Positions 26,093 to 36,385 of a stretch of DNA of 64,000 nucleotides are shown in pieces. This DNA is from Longimicrobiales bacterium. Its GTDB lineage: Bacteria; Gemmatimonadota; Gemmatimonadetes; Longimicrobiales; Gaopeijiaceae. The translations under genes and the position numbers were made by a program. The stretch lies in contig CAXXKM010000003.1 of assembly GCA_963664435.2 (NCBI GenBank), forward strand, positions 1,152,001-1,216,000, read 5' to 3'. Numbering within the stretch: the first letter of the stretch is position 1; every line of letters starts with the position of its first letter. The notes beneath the pieces were generated by a model. It ran no database searches. It was not told where the DNA came from and worked only from the letters and a program-made list of their open reading frames with translations.

Positions 26093-28120
26093 TCAAACAA
26101 GCGCTCGATTCACTCGATTGACCAGTTCGCCCCACGCGATACGTTCGTCGTCGGTGAGGTCTCCGGCACCGTGCTCGCGCGTCCACCGCAGGTAGGCCTT
26201 CGCAAGTCGGTACTTGGAGAAGTCGGCGACCTCGGCCGCGAGTATGTCAACGATCGGTCGTCGGGGCTGTTTTTCCGCGACTTTCGTGGCATCCCAGCCA
26301 AGCTGGGTTCGGGCTACGTCGAGGAGGGTGTGCCGAAGCAGATCTTCTATCTCGGGTCTGTTGATCTTGCCGGGGCAAACATCGCCGGTTCGGAGGATTT
26401 TCCTGTTCCCGAGAGTGTGGATCAGTGTCTCCTGCTTGGCGGCTTGATCCCCGGCGTTGTCGGAGTCCAGCAGGGCAGCGACCTTGAGATTGTTCGCATG
26501 AAGGATGGTGGCGAAGTAGACAACCTTGCCCGCACTGTTCGCAGGGAGCAGAGCAATCCTTGGATTGAGGTCGGCCAAGCCGGCATCCCGCAGCAGGTGA
26601 GCAGTGGCATCGAAGTACCAGAAGTCGGTGAGGCCTTCCAGAACTAGGTTTCGTTGCTGAACAAACAGACTCTGAGCGAGGTCGTACCCCAGGGCTTCCT
26701 GTAGTGGCAGAAGCGCGGCAGGGTCACTCGCCGTGACGCTCGTATGCACCTTAGTACCCTCGTCCCGGTCGTTCATCTCGACCACGACGACCAGATCCAG
26801 TTCCTCGGGCCCGACCAGAAACGGCGAGTGCGTCGTATAGATAGTCTGGTTGCCTTCGGCCAGCCGCGAGAGGGTCTGGCGGAAGTCACGCTGCTTGAGG
26901 CCATGGAGGCTCAGCCCCGGCTCGTCCAGCAGAAGGATGGCGTTGGAGTGAGCGTCATCGGCCTCGGCGAAGAAGACAACAAAGAACGACACAAGCCACT
27001 GGAATCCTGCGGAGCGCTGATCGATCTCGATCTCGACACCAAGTTCATCCTCGACCACCGCCTTGAGGTACTGACCGTCCGCTCGTATCCGCACGGTGTC
27101 CGCTTCAGGGCGAGTCCGATCAGGCTTCCAGATCGAGCGGATCTCGTCGGTGAGACGGACGCTGGCAGCGTTGAGCGTGAAACCGCGCTCGTCGAGCTGG
27201 CTACGGTAACGGTCGAACGCGTCTTGGTCGTCCCCCGGATCAGGAGCGTCGCCTAGGTTCGCAAGTACGCGGGGATTGAAGCCGAGGAGCTTAAGGAGGC
27301 AGAGGTTCCCGTAGTCATAGCGGTCATCGTCAAGGACGCCGTGTTCGACACGGTCGGCGAAACGGCGCAGGTGGAGATTGGGGCGTACTCGGAAATAGTT
27401 GTCGAAGTAGACAATCCGTGGCAGCCGACTGCGGAGCTTCGCCAGGGCCAAGTCACGCTGCTCGGGTATGCGCGTGTACTCGAGGAGCCGAGTGTGGCGT
27501 TGATCCTGAGTAACATCGTTCTCGTCGAGGAACTCGAGTGCCGAGTCGAGCCAGCGCTGCAGCTCATGCGCGCGGTCATCGTCGATCTTGGTCGCCCCGA
27601 CCTGCCATCCGGCAGTGATATCGTCGAGACGCGCGCGGAGCCCCTGCTCGGGATTTGCTTCGGGTGCGCCGCCCCGCTTGTCGGCATGCGTAGCGAAACG
27701 TATCAGGTCCTTGCGCACCTCTTCGGTGAACACTGCGAACTCCAGAGTGCCTTTGAGCCACTGCGTCAGCCCGTTGTCGAGGTGTCGGGTGCAGCCGTAC
27801 TCCGCAGTAGCAGGAAACCCTTCGGGCAGTTCAGTGAGATCGTCCGGCTCCAACGCGAACCGAGCGGACGCGACGGGAATCTCACTGGGATTGCGCTTCT
27901 GCGACTGGATGTCGGCGTTGTAGAGTTTGCGGGGGTAGTCGCGCAGAGCATCGAACCCCTTTACGCCGTCAGGAGGATTGATCTGTCGAAGTGCTTCAAG
28001 GACCGCAGTCTTGCCGGCCTCGTTGGGTCCTATGAGAATCGTCTTGGCACATTCGACTCCGAACCACCCGGTGTCACGGACACAGCGATAGTTCCGCACG
28101 CGAACGTGAGTCAATCTCAT
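26093..28120 (-). CDS. OLD-family ATP-dependent nuclease (ABC/AAA ATPase + TOPRIM)
   Basis: GPNEAGKT, RSAGFQW, LLLDEPGLSLH, TTHSPF, VLEGLTD, LLDSD. Confidence 0.85.
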   Translation of the reverse strand: MRLTHVRVRNYRCVRDTGWFGVECAKTILIGPNEAGKTAVLEALRQINPPDGVKGFDALRDYPRKLYNADIQSQKRNPSEIPVASARFALEPDDLTELPEGFPATAEYGCTRHLDNGLTQWLKGTLEFAVFTEEVRKDLIRFATHADKRGGAPEANPEQGLRARLDDITAGWQVGATKIDDDRAHELQRWLDSALEFLDENDVTQDQRHTRLLEYTRIPEQRDLALAKLRSRLPRIVYFDNYFRVRPNLHLRRFADRVEHGVLDDDRYDYGNLCLLKLLGFNPRVLANLGDAPDPGDDQDAFDRYRSQLDERGFTLNAASVRLTDEIRSIWKPDRTRPEADTVRIRADGQYLKAVVEDELGVEIEIDQRSAGFQWLVSFFVVFFAEADDAHSNAILLLDEPGLSLHGLKQRDFRQTLSRLAEGNQTIYTTHSPFLVGPEELDLVVVVEMNDRDEGTKVHTSVTASDPAALLPLQEALGYDLAQSLFVQQRNLVLEGLTDFWYFDATAHLLRDAGLADLNPRIALLPANSAGKVVYFATILHANNLKVAALLDSDNAGDQAAKQETLIHTLGNRKILRTGDVCPGKINRPEIEDLLRHTLLDVARTQLGWDATKVAEKQPRRPIVDILAAEVADFSKYRLAKAYLRWTREHGAGDLTDDERIAWGELVNRVNRALV

Positions 28121-28437
28121 CGTCGTGGCTCCAAGGGTTGTAGCTCGCCTGCCCGGCACCATGTTGGAGGGCGGCGGCTTGGTGGGCAAGTGTCAGCGGT
28201 GTCCCGCTCGGCCTTCATCTTCGACAGTGATCCGGTCCGTGCATCCAAACTAGCCCCAGCCGCGCTTGAGCGCGCCTCGTCGGAGCCCACTCAAGCCTGC
28301 GAGCGAAGCGTGACGTTACGCCCGTCGCCCGGCGACCGAGGTGCCGCACCGACATCGTCGGGTCCCCAAGTGGCCGTGCTCCGTCAATCGGGGAAGACCA
28401 AGCCGTGTAACTCGTTTGAGTGTTTTCCGCAGCGCGG

Positions 28438-28860
28438 TCATGACTCGCCCTCTAAGGCTCGCTCGGCCACCTGACGACTCGCCGCCAAGAAGCGCTCATG
28501 AGACCACCGCCGCCAGTCGCGCAGCGACGCGAGTGTCACACCGGTGCGGGTTTTTCCGTGCCAGAAGACGGTGAGCTTGACGAGATCACCACGGTACGCC
28601 GCCTGTCGCACGGCCTCGATAGTGCTACCCGCCAGTATAGCCGCTAGCCCGTAGGGCACGACCTCTTCAGCGTTGCGAATCCCGCCGAAGATGACGTAGT
28701 GCCGGTAGGCGTGACGGATCACCGCCTCCGAGGGCGTAGCTTCCGGGAGGGGACGCCTCAGGCTTTCGATCAACTCCTCCCGCGTGACACTCTCATTCGG
28801 TCGCAGAGAGGCGATCGCTTGAGCTGCGTTCCAGAGCGCGCGCTTGGTTTGTTTGTCCAC
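28438..28860 (-). CDS. Hypothetical protein, possible C-terminal HTH
   Basis: GTG start with GGAGG RBS; YGLAAILAGSTIEAVRQAAYRGDL. Confidence 0.5.
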   Translation of the reverse strand: MDKQTKRALWNAAQAIASLRPNESVTREELIESLRRPLPEATPSEAVIRHAYRHYVIFGGIRNAEEVVPYGLAAILAGSTIEAVRQAAYRGDLVKLTVFWHGKTRTGVTLASLRDWRRWSHERFLAASRQVAERALEGES

Positions 28861-28920
28861 CGTGCCTCCGTTGTGGTAACATAACATAACTTGACCGCAA
28901 CATAACACGCCGATGTGACG

Positions 28921-29650
28921 CTAGCAACTGATCGGCATTGGCCAAGGTAGGCCTGCCCCCAACTCCTCCATGGCCTCGCGCCGCTGTTCTAGATCCGTCC
29001 GCGCATAGGCCGCCACCGCCTGATTGAGTTCGACGTGCCCCAAGGCTCGCTCGGCCACCTCACGCGAATAGCCGTGCTCCGCCAGATAGGTTTGGAGCGA
29101 TGTGCGGAAGCCGTGCGGGACGGCGTCCACGCCCGCGTTTCTCATCGCCGAAGAAAGAGTCCTTTCCCGCACCGACCGCTCCGGGACGGTTCCCGGAAAG
29201 ATCAGCCCCCTACCGTTCGAGAGGACCGCGAGCTTCCTCCAAGACCGCCAACGCGGCGCTCGAAAGCGGGACACCGTGCTCCCGGCGGTTCTTTGTCCTC
29301 GCCTCACTGAGCGTCCATACGTCGCCCGTGATTTCGCTCCATCGCGCTTCCCGCGCCTTGCGGGATCGCGTGCCCGTGAGCACTTGCTCCAACGGATTGC
29401 GCGCTGATGCTTGGACGCGTTGCCCGTTGGCCGGGAGCGCGGCGCGGATCGCTCCACCGGAGTGTCGCTCCGGTGTCCCTCCGCCGTCGCGCGCTTGAAC
29501 ACCAACGAGAGCCATTGGAGCAGCCGCCGCGCTGAGGCAGGCCGCCGGTTCCAGAGATCGTCCGACGTGAGTAACCCGAGCACATCCGAACTGGTGACTT
29601 CCGAGACAAGGCTTGCGGCCGATCCGCGGAAGCACGTGGGCCTGGAAGGC
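28921..29650 (-). pseudogene. P4-like integrase remnant
   Basis: VPHGFRTSLQTY...EVAERALGH...AAYARTD; upstream motifs frameshifted. Confidence 0.75.
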
Positions 29651-29679
29651 GAGCAGCGGGTTCCTGCTCAGCCATCGCG

Positions 29680-30238
29680 CGCTGGAAACCCTTCCGGAGG
29701 CGAGGGCGGTGGGTCGAGGCAGAGGTTCCCACGTGTTCCCGGTGCGCGGAAACCTGCTCTCTGTTACCGGCCATCCATTGACACTCCAATACTGCAATGT
29801 CCCGACTGCTCAAGAGCCTCGGGATCGGGGCCGCGCTGTACGGGTTCCGATCTTCGTTCCGGAACTGTGCGGAGGAGGAGCCTGACCACCCCCGCGAGAT
29901 GGCGGCGCCGGCACACTTGGTTCGCAACACCAAGTCGAGGCCGCCTGCCGGCGCGCGGACCGGTCGAGCGTCGGCGTCGGCTGGATGGACGGTTGGGCCA
30001 AGTGCATCGTCGGCGACGGAGGTCCGGGCGCTGGTGCGGTTCACCATCTGGGGTTGCCAGAAGGTGCTGGCCGCACGGGCCTGTTGCGGAGCACGATCTG
30101 TGTGCCGCTCGACCAGGACGCTTCCCCGGCCGGTCTCCCGAGGGCGGGCGCGCAGTCGGCTGGATCGAGTCGGAAGTGGACGAGTGGATCCGGGAGCGGA
30201 TCGACGAGAGCTGCGTCAGAGACCAGCGGCCAAGTTGA
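29680..30238 (+). pseudogene. Second P4-like integrase C-terminal remnant plus AlpA remnant
   Basis: LYGFRSSFRNCAEE..HPREMA; then GRFP...GGRAVGWIESEVDEWIRERI. Confidence 0.6.
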
Positions 30239-30313
30239 TCGTCGGCGCACCGCATCCTATCCTCTCCGTTCTCGAATCCTCTAGGCCGTTACCAACCCTA
30301 ATGGAGTCTACTA

Positions 30314-32047
30314 TTGGCCCGATTCAAGGACGCGGAAGTCATCCTGAGGGTCGCCGAACACTGGAAGATGCGATGCCTCTTGGACGGGGAATCGCTCTTC
30401 ACTCGGCGATCCCTCTGGACGCGCGAGAACTTCGAGGAACTCCGCCGATCGTATTTGGACCGTCCGGCCGTCGGTCCAGAGTCGTTGCCATGGAAGCTGG
30501 AGCAACCGTTAGGCCCAGGCTCAAAGGGGATCGCGTACCTTTGGGCGGAGATAGACTGGCTGTACAGGCTCATCGTGAGCCCGACCGCAGTAGGCCCCGA
30601 GAAAAAGCGCGAGAGCATTCGCCGCATCTGGCAGTGGTCGGGGGAGAATCTTCCAGAACGACACGACCTACTCAGCGATCGAGTGCTGGGGGGCGGAGTG
30701 CTACGGCCGGGCATGCCATTCCACAGTCTCGTCTGGATGGAGTATCGTTTCTTTGGGCTCGCCATGCATGATTGGTTCTTGCAGAATCTTGGCCGGAGTG
30801 GATTGGCGAACGAGCCTTGGAGGTTCGCGTCGTGGCTGGATGCGACAGAAGCGGCCGGCAACCGCGTATTCCGGCACGCGCTGCTCTTCTTGCTTTTCCC
30901 CAACGAGTTTGAACCGATCGTCTCAAGCAGCGCCAAGAGAAAGATCGTAACGAGACTCCCCCTCGGAGAACCCTTCGAGACTCGGACTTTGGCGGCCGTG
31001 GATCGAGCCCTGCTTCAGATCCGGCGACGCCTCGAAACCAAGTACCACGATGCTGTGTTCCCGAAGGAGGAGATCCACTTCTACAGGTCTCCAGTGATGG
31101 AGCTCTGGCAGGCCGCTCCAGAACCGCCGCCGCCTCCTGAGGAAAACGGGGATGACCCGAACGGGACATACGAAATCGCGGACGCGCACCAAGACCTCTT
31201 CATCCCCCTCGACCGCCTGAAGCGCCTCCTTGCTTCAATCAAGTTCCGCCAGAACCTCATCCTCCAAGGTCCCCCCGGAACTGGAAAGACCTTCATCGCC
31301 GACCGGATCGCGTGGTGCCTCGTCGGCCGTAAGGACGATGGTCCCATCGAGATGATCCAGTTCCACCAGTCCTACGCGTACGAGGATTTCGTTGAAGGCT
31401 TCAGGCCCAACAAAGAGGGGAGCTTCGATCTGAAGCCGGGCGTCTTCCAGCGGTTCTGCGAACGCGCGGGAGCCAACCAGGAAACCCCTCATGTCTTCAT
31501 CATCGACGAGATCAACCGCGGCAACCTATCCCGGATCTTCGGCGAACTGCTCATGCTGATCGAGCGCGACAAGCGGAGCGAGAAGTACGCCGTCGCCCTG
31601 ACCTATTCGGAGAAGCGGTTCTATGTGCCCCCAAACGTGTTCATCCTTGGGATGATGAACACCGCCGACCGGTCCCTGGCTCTGGTCGACTACGCGCTTC
31701 GCAGACGATTCGCGTTTGAGACGCTGGAACCGGCTTACCGGACCGACTACGGCAGGACGGCGTTCAAGAAGTATCTCGTCGAAGAACACGGCGCGGATCC
31801 CGAGCTAGTCGACCGCATCTCTGAGCAGATGGCCGAGCTTAACGAAACAATTCGTGACGACAACGAACTTGGCCCCAGCTTCGAGATCGGCCATAGCTAC
31901 TTCGTTCCGGACGAGGGTGCCGAGCCGTCGGAGGAATGGTACACGCACGTTGTTGAGTCCCAGATCGTTCCGCTTCTCCGCGAGTACTGGTTCGACGTGC
32001 CGGAGCGTGTCGAGAAGGCTGTGGCCAGTCTTACCGGCAACGCCTGA
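30314..32047 (+). CDS. mcrB: McrB-family AAA+ GTPase
   Basis: LQGPPGTGKT, QFHQSYAYEDFVEG, IIDEINRGN, MNTADRS, DYALRRRF. Confidence 0.93.
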   Translation: MARFKDAEVILRVAEHWKMRCLLDGESLFTRRSLWTRENFEELRRSYLDRPAVGPESLPWKLEQPLGPGSKGIAYLWAEIDWLYRLIVSPTAVGPEKKRESIRRIWQWSGENLPERHDLLSDRVLGGGVLRPGMPFHSLVWMEYRFFGLAMHDWFLQNLGRSGLANEPWRFASWLDATEAAGNRVFRHALLFLLFPNEFEPIVSSSAKRKIVTRLPLGEPFETRTLAAVDRALLQIRRRLETKYHDAVFPKEEIHFYRSPVMELWQAAPEPPPPPEENGDDPNGTYEIADAHQDLFIPLDRLKRLLASIKFRQNLILQGPPGTGKTFIADRIAWCLVGRKDDGPIEMIQFHQSYAYEDFVEGFRPNKEGSFDLKPGVFQRFCERAGANQETPHVFIIDEINRGNLSRIFGELLMLIERDKRSEKYAVALTYSEKRFYVPPNVFILGMMNTADRSLALVDYALRRRFAFETLEPAYRTDYGRTAFKKYLVEEHGADPELVDRISEQMAELNETIRDDNELGPSFEIGHSYFVPDEGAEPSEEWYTHVVESQIVPLLREYWFDVPERVEKAVASLTGNA

Positions 32048-32050
32048 CCG

Positions 32051-33130
32051 TTGAAGAACATCCCGATTCTCAACGTCTACTACCTCCTCTGCTATGCTTG
32101 GGGGCGCGTTCAGGAGCGGGACACCACACGCCTAGCCTCTCTGGGAGACCTTTCGACCGTCCAAGACCTCCTGGGCAAGGTGCTCGCGCACGGCGTCAAT
32201 CACCTCTTCCGACGCGGCATCGACCGGGGGTACGTGGAACGGCGCGAGGATCTCACTGGCATCCGCGGCAAGCTCGCGGTCAGCGAGACGGCGAAGCGTG
32301 CACTGCGGTTGCACGGCCGGGCCGCCTGCGACTTCGAGGAGCTATCGGTGAACATCCTGCCGAACCAGATCCTGCGCACGTCGTTACATGGGCTGCGCGA
32401 CCGGAGCCTCAGGCTCGACCGCTCCGTGCACGGCGAAGTCACCTTGGCGTACCGAAGGCTCGATGGCGTGTCACGGATCCACCTGAAGAAAAACACCTTC
32501 GGCCAAGTCCAGTTCGGCGGAAGCCGCCGTCTATACCAATTCCTCCTCTCCGTGTGCAGGCTGCTCTACGAGAGTTCGCTTGTGGGCGAATCCACCGGTC
32601 GCACCGTGTTCCGTGACTTCCGGCGGGACGACGCCACGATGTGGGCGCTCTTCGAGGAATTCGTCGCGGGATTCTATCAGCGCGAGCAACGTGTGTACCG
32701 GGTGAATCCAAGGGGTCGGCGCCAAATCAAGTGGGCGGACGCCTACACGGACGACGACGTTAACCGGGGACGAATCCCCGCCATGATTGCCGACGTGGTC
32801 CTGGAATCGCCCCACCGCCGGATCATCCTAGATACCAAGTACTACACGGACTCACTGTCATCCGGACGCGGCTCAGGGACTGGTAAACTGAAGTCCAGAA
32901 ACCTGTACCAGCTACTCGCGTATCTGCGGAACCGACAAGCCACGCGGCCGCGGGGAGCCAAGCACGATGGCATCCTCCTATACCCCCAAGTGGGCAACGA
33001 ACCGCTACGGGCCAAGATTCGCCTCGAGGGCTTCTGGATTCGGGCCCGGACCGTCAACCTCAACCAAGACTGGCGCCGGATTCACGACGAGATGCTGGCC
33101 ACCATCGGGCTATCAGGTGCCGACTCTTAG
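32051..33130 (+). CDS. mcrB partner mcrC: McrC modification-dependent endonuclease subunit
   Basis: IPILNVYYLLCYAW, LFEEFV, ADVVL...IILDTKYY, LYQLLAYL, GILLYP. Confidence 0.92.
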   Translation: MKNIPILNVYYLLCYAWGRVQERDTTRLASLGDLSTVQDLLGKVLAHGVNHLFRRGIDRGYVERREDLTGIRGKLAVSETAKRALRLHGRAACDFEELSVNILPNQILRTSLHGLRDRSLRLDRSVHGEVTLAYRRLDGVSRIHLKKNTFGQVQFGGSRRLYQFLLSVCRLLYESSLVGESTGRTVFRDFRRDDATMWALFEEFVAGFYQREQRVYRVNPRGRRQIKWADAYTDDDVNRGRIPAMIADVVLESPHRRIILDTKYYTDSLSSGRGSGTGKLKSRNLYQLLAYLRNRQATRPRGAKHDGILLYPQVGNEPLRAKIRLEGFWIRARTVNLNQDWRRIHDEMLATIGLSGADS

Positions 33131-33232
33131 CACGCGTTGCGCCGAGCACGGACCGGACGGCCTCGCCGGTGGAAGGGGCGGGCTCCATATTGGATTCGAA
33201 CCGGAACCACGCGAGTCGAAGCGTCAATAGTG

Positions 33233-33381
33233 CCGCTGAACTCCCACTATTCGACCCGATTCTCCCGCTGTTCGACCATGACAGACCCCGATCACGACTC
33301 TACGACAAAAACCGCAGATCGTGCAGTCGTGGTTAGACTTAGGCGGTTTCTTGCCACGGTACGCCCCCTTGGGAGGGGATT
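33233..33381 (+). repeat. Dispersed att-arm-like repeat, copy 1
   Basis: Aligns end to end with 50319-50467 (core GCAGATCGTGCAGTCGTGGTTAGACTTAGGCGGTTTCTTGCC), including the terminal GGGGATT. Confidence 0.85.
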
Positions 33382-33691
33382 ACCGTACTTGTACACGCCA
33401 AGAGATCCGCGTTGCCTCGATCAAATCCAGCATTCGCGCTTCTCTCAGCTCGGTCATCCCAAGCGCTGTCACGTGGACATCGAGGCCATAAAGCCTTGCC
33501 CCTAGCGCCTTCACAATCCGCGCTTTCCCTCGCCCGATTTTCTCCCACTCGATATCGTCGTGGTGGACCAACAGTAGATCGATGTCGTCGGGCAAATCGC
33601 ACTCAACCGCCGACCCAAACATGTAGACTGCGACGAATCCCCTCCAAAGGGACGTGTCCGCGCTTTTCACTGCCTCAAGTACCCAAGTCAT
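33380..33691 (-). CDS. Minimal nucleotidyltransferase (Pol-beta-like)
   Basis: YMFGSA...DDIDLLLV; ATGA-coupled to the upstream HNH gene. Confidence 0.75.
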   Translation of the reverse strand: MTWVLEAVKSADTSLWRGFVAVYMFGSAVECDLPDDIDLLLVHHDDIEWEKIGRGKARIVKALGARLYGLDVHVTALGMTELREARMLDLIEATRISWRVQVR

Positions 33692-34848
33692 CCGAACTCT
33701 CGTCGAACCCACGAAAAAAAGGACTGTTGGTTATGTAACACCACGTTACACGACTGAGCAAGCTTCCCTGCCGCCCTACTCACAGGTCCTCCATTCCAAT
33801 TGTGGAGATTTACAACTATGTCCGGATCAGAAACTAACAGCTCGTTCATGGTCGCCTCCGACAGGCAGTACTCATAGCATAAGGCCACGTCGTAACGGTT
33901 TCCCAAGTTAAGTTCCCATAGTCGGCGGGGATCCGGGGTCGTGTACTCCACCCCGCGACGGTACAACCAGCGCAGGACATATACCAATCCATCTAGTCTG
34001 AGTGATGTAGTTTTTGGACGGTAGAGTCTTTGATTGAAATACAACTGGTGAATTCGTGGTCGGTTCGCCAAGTTCAAGTCCTTGATCTCTTCACCATTTC
34101 TATAAGCAAGGGTTTGATCATGAACAAGCTCCAGATGTATGAATCTGCCCTGGCGGATAAGCCTTGCGATGAGATTCTGAAGGGCGGCGACAGACGGCGG
34201 TAGCGAACCGTCTGCGGTTGCGAGACCGAAAATGGAATTCAGCTCCGAAGGAAACAACGACAAGCGTATTGGAGATTCAGCGGAGCGTGTCGTAGCAAAC
34301 TCCTCAACATGAAGACGAAAAAACTCAACAATCTCTTGATTCTCGATGTGGAGTAGTGCTTTGTTCCGCGATAGCATCACAACAAGTCGTTCGTTGTTTG
34401 AAACCAACTCGTTTTCGAAGAGTTCCCATAACTCATGGCGATCGCTGGCCTGTGCGTGATCAGCGTTTGGACCATAGCTGGCGATAATCTGACCGTTTCG
34501 TCGGAGAAGAGGAGTAACGGCTTGTGCGAGATTAGAAAAGGAGGCGTATCTCACGGAGAATCGTGCCCGGATTTCCCGATTCCGATCGATTTTCCACTGC
34601 CGAAGGCGAGTTTGGATTTCGTCGGCCGGTTGCTGGTCAACAAAGGTGTGGCAGTTTGGACAGAGAATAATGAGGTTTTCGAGCGAATTATCGTTGCCGA
34701 TGCGATAGGGCTCGATATGGGCCTTGTGAGCGACCGTGCTATCAGACGGGAAGAGATCTTCGTGACAGGAGGGATTCATGCAATGACCCATGCATTCGCA
34801 CCACAAGCGGCGCCGAACGGAAGCTGGAACGGCTTTTCGGTTAGGCAT
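33688..34848 (-). CDS. HNH endonuclease with unrecognised C-terminal region
   Basis: CMNPSC...AHI...NLIILCPNCH. Confidence 0.82.
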   Translation of the reverse strand: MPNRKAVPASVRRRLWCECMGHCMNPSCHEDLFPSDSTVAHKAHIEPYRIGNDNSLENLIILCPNCHTFVDQQPADEIQTRLRQWKIDRNREIRARFSVRYASFSNLAQAVTPLLRRNGQIIASYGPNADHAQASDRHELWELFENELVSNNERLVVMLSRNKALLHIENQEIVEFFRLHVEEFATTRSAESPIRLSLFPSELNSIFGLATADGSLPPSVAALQNLIARLIRQGRFIHLELVHDQTLAYRNGEEIKDLNLANRPRIHQLYFNQRLYRPKTTSLRLDGLVYVLRWLYRRGVEYTTPDPRRLWELNLGNRYDVALCYEYCLSEATMNELLVSDPDIVVNLHNWNGGPVSRAAGKLAQSCNVVLHNQQSFFSWVRREFG

Positions 34849-35503
34849 GCGTTAAATCTCGACGACGCTAGGAGCGATGGCAAGATGCCTGGCACGAGGC
34901 ATTCCACGCCGACACACACCGAAAACAGGGGCTGGCGTGGAGGTGCTCAGGTCGCCGGATCGGTCACAACGGCCGCCGATCTCGGTGTCCGTCAGTGCCG
35001 GTGCGCTAACTGCTGCCCAGGCTGGGCCGAGTAGCTCAAAGGCGCCCGCACCCGTAGCCGAATACCCACGCCGCCTCCGCGACCTCCCGCCGGAATACCC
35101 GTCTGGAAGGCTCAGTCGCGGAACGAGGACCTCATGCCCGTGGGGAAGCCGCGGGATGCCAAAGCTGCCCAGTCAAAAGGGGACATCGTCGATTCCAGAA
35201 GCGGTCGCAGCGGCGACGGAGGAGGCCACGGCGTCCCCCCCTGAAGAGCTCTCGGGGACAACGAGACGCGGTGCTCCCGCCACGACGTGGCACGTCCTTC
35301 GGGCATCGTCCAAACCCGCCGATTCCAGGTCGATCTCCGCCCCCGCCACACGCACCTACCGGCTTCGACACGCCGCAGCACCACCATTCCAGCGTGAGTT
35401 TCGTGCTGAGGAGCGCGTCGGACGCGCTCAGCCGCACCAGGGCCACCGCAACCTCGCCGGGCGGCAAACTGATGCTGGACGCGAACGCCCCTGTTCGCGG
35501 GTG

Positions 35504-36385
35504 CTATTCTTTCAGACGCCACATTCCTTGAAGCCTCGACGCGTTTGACAATTGTCCATTGTCCAAACAGTGGACGAAGGTTCTTCGAGCAATCTCAAAA
35601 CTCTCGAAGAGCTGCTGTGCTGCCGGCGAACGGGATGCATGAGCAGAGCTACTGCGGGCTTCGTATAGCGATCTGATCCGCTGAAACAACCGCTCTCTTT
35701 CAGCACCCGCGGGTTCTAACAATGCGGCCAGCGAAGACGATAACTTCTTAGTGGTATCAGGTCGTCCCGGCTTAATAAGAGTCTCCACCGCTGCCCAAAT
35801 CACTATGATGGCGCTACCAGCCGAATGGGCCCATATGGCGCCGTCAAACGTCTGAAATGAGCGTCCGAACGCTTCATCATTCATGAGTTTGGAACCGGAG
35901 GCAAAAGCCTGCCGTACCCACAATAAGTGTCTCTTGTCGATTATCTTCGGCGGATCAGGTATGGTTAGTAACTGTCGAGGTAGTGTCTCTATCGGCCATA
36001 TGATGGGATCGACCCGAGCATCCTTAATGCCAGAAAGAGACGTGTCGGACACAACTGGCATCCTCAAGTTCGCACCAGTCGCTAGCCGTAGTAGCGCGAG
36101 TACCCACCATAGGGTATTGAGTCGGTCGAATCCCGTGGGGCGCACGCCCTCCCGCAATGCCACTTCGATCTCAAGGTCCAACCACTGTCCGCCTCGCGCC
36201 GATTTCCATGGACCTGGATGATGCTTGCTCGGATCTTCTGGTCGGGCGAAAGCTAGTATGTACGGCGACATGAGGTGAGCGTATGTCTGCCGAAGGACCA
36301 ACCCTTCACAGATCTCGAACACGTCCGTCCCGAGCTGAGCACCCGCCAGTCCGCCAAATAGTGGTGTCTCGGGGTTCTTGTCCAT
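35504..36385 (-). CDS. ApeA-like HEPN domain protein
   Basis: WAAVETL...RSLYEARSSSAH (Rx4H). Confidence 0.72.
   Translation of the reverse strand: MDKNPETPLFGGLAGAQLGTDVFEICEGLVLRQTYAHLMSPYILAFARPEDPSKHHPGPWKSARGGQWLDLEIEVALREGVRPTGFDRLNTLWWVLALLRLATGANLRMPVVSDTSLSGIKDARVDPIIWPIETLPRQLLTIPDPPKIIDKRHLLWVRQAFASGSKLMNDEAFGRSFQTFDGAIWAHSAGSAIIVIWAAVETLIKPGRPDTTKKLSSSLAALLEPAGAERERLFQRIRSLYEARSSSAHASRSPAAQQLFESFEIARRTFVHCLDNGQLSNASRLQGMWRLKE

Noticed and set aside
26093..28120. Gabija or retron assignment for the OLD nuclease
   Set aside because: No UvrD helicase or reverse transcriptase visible in the window.
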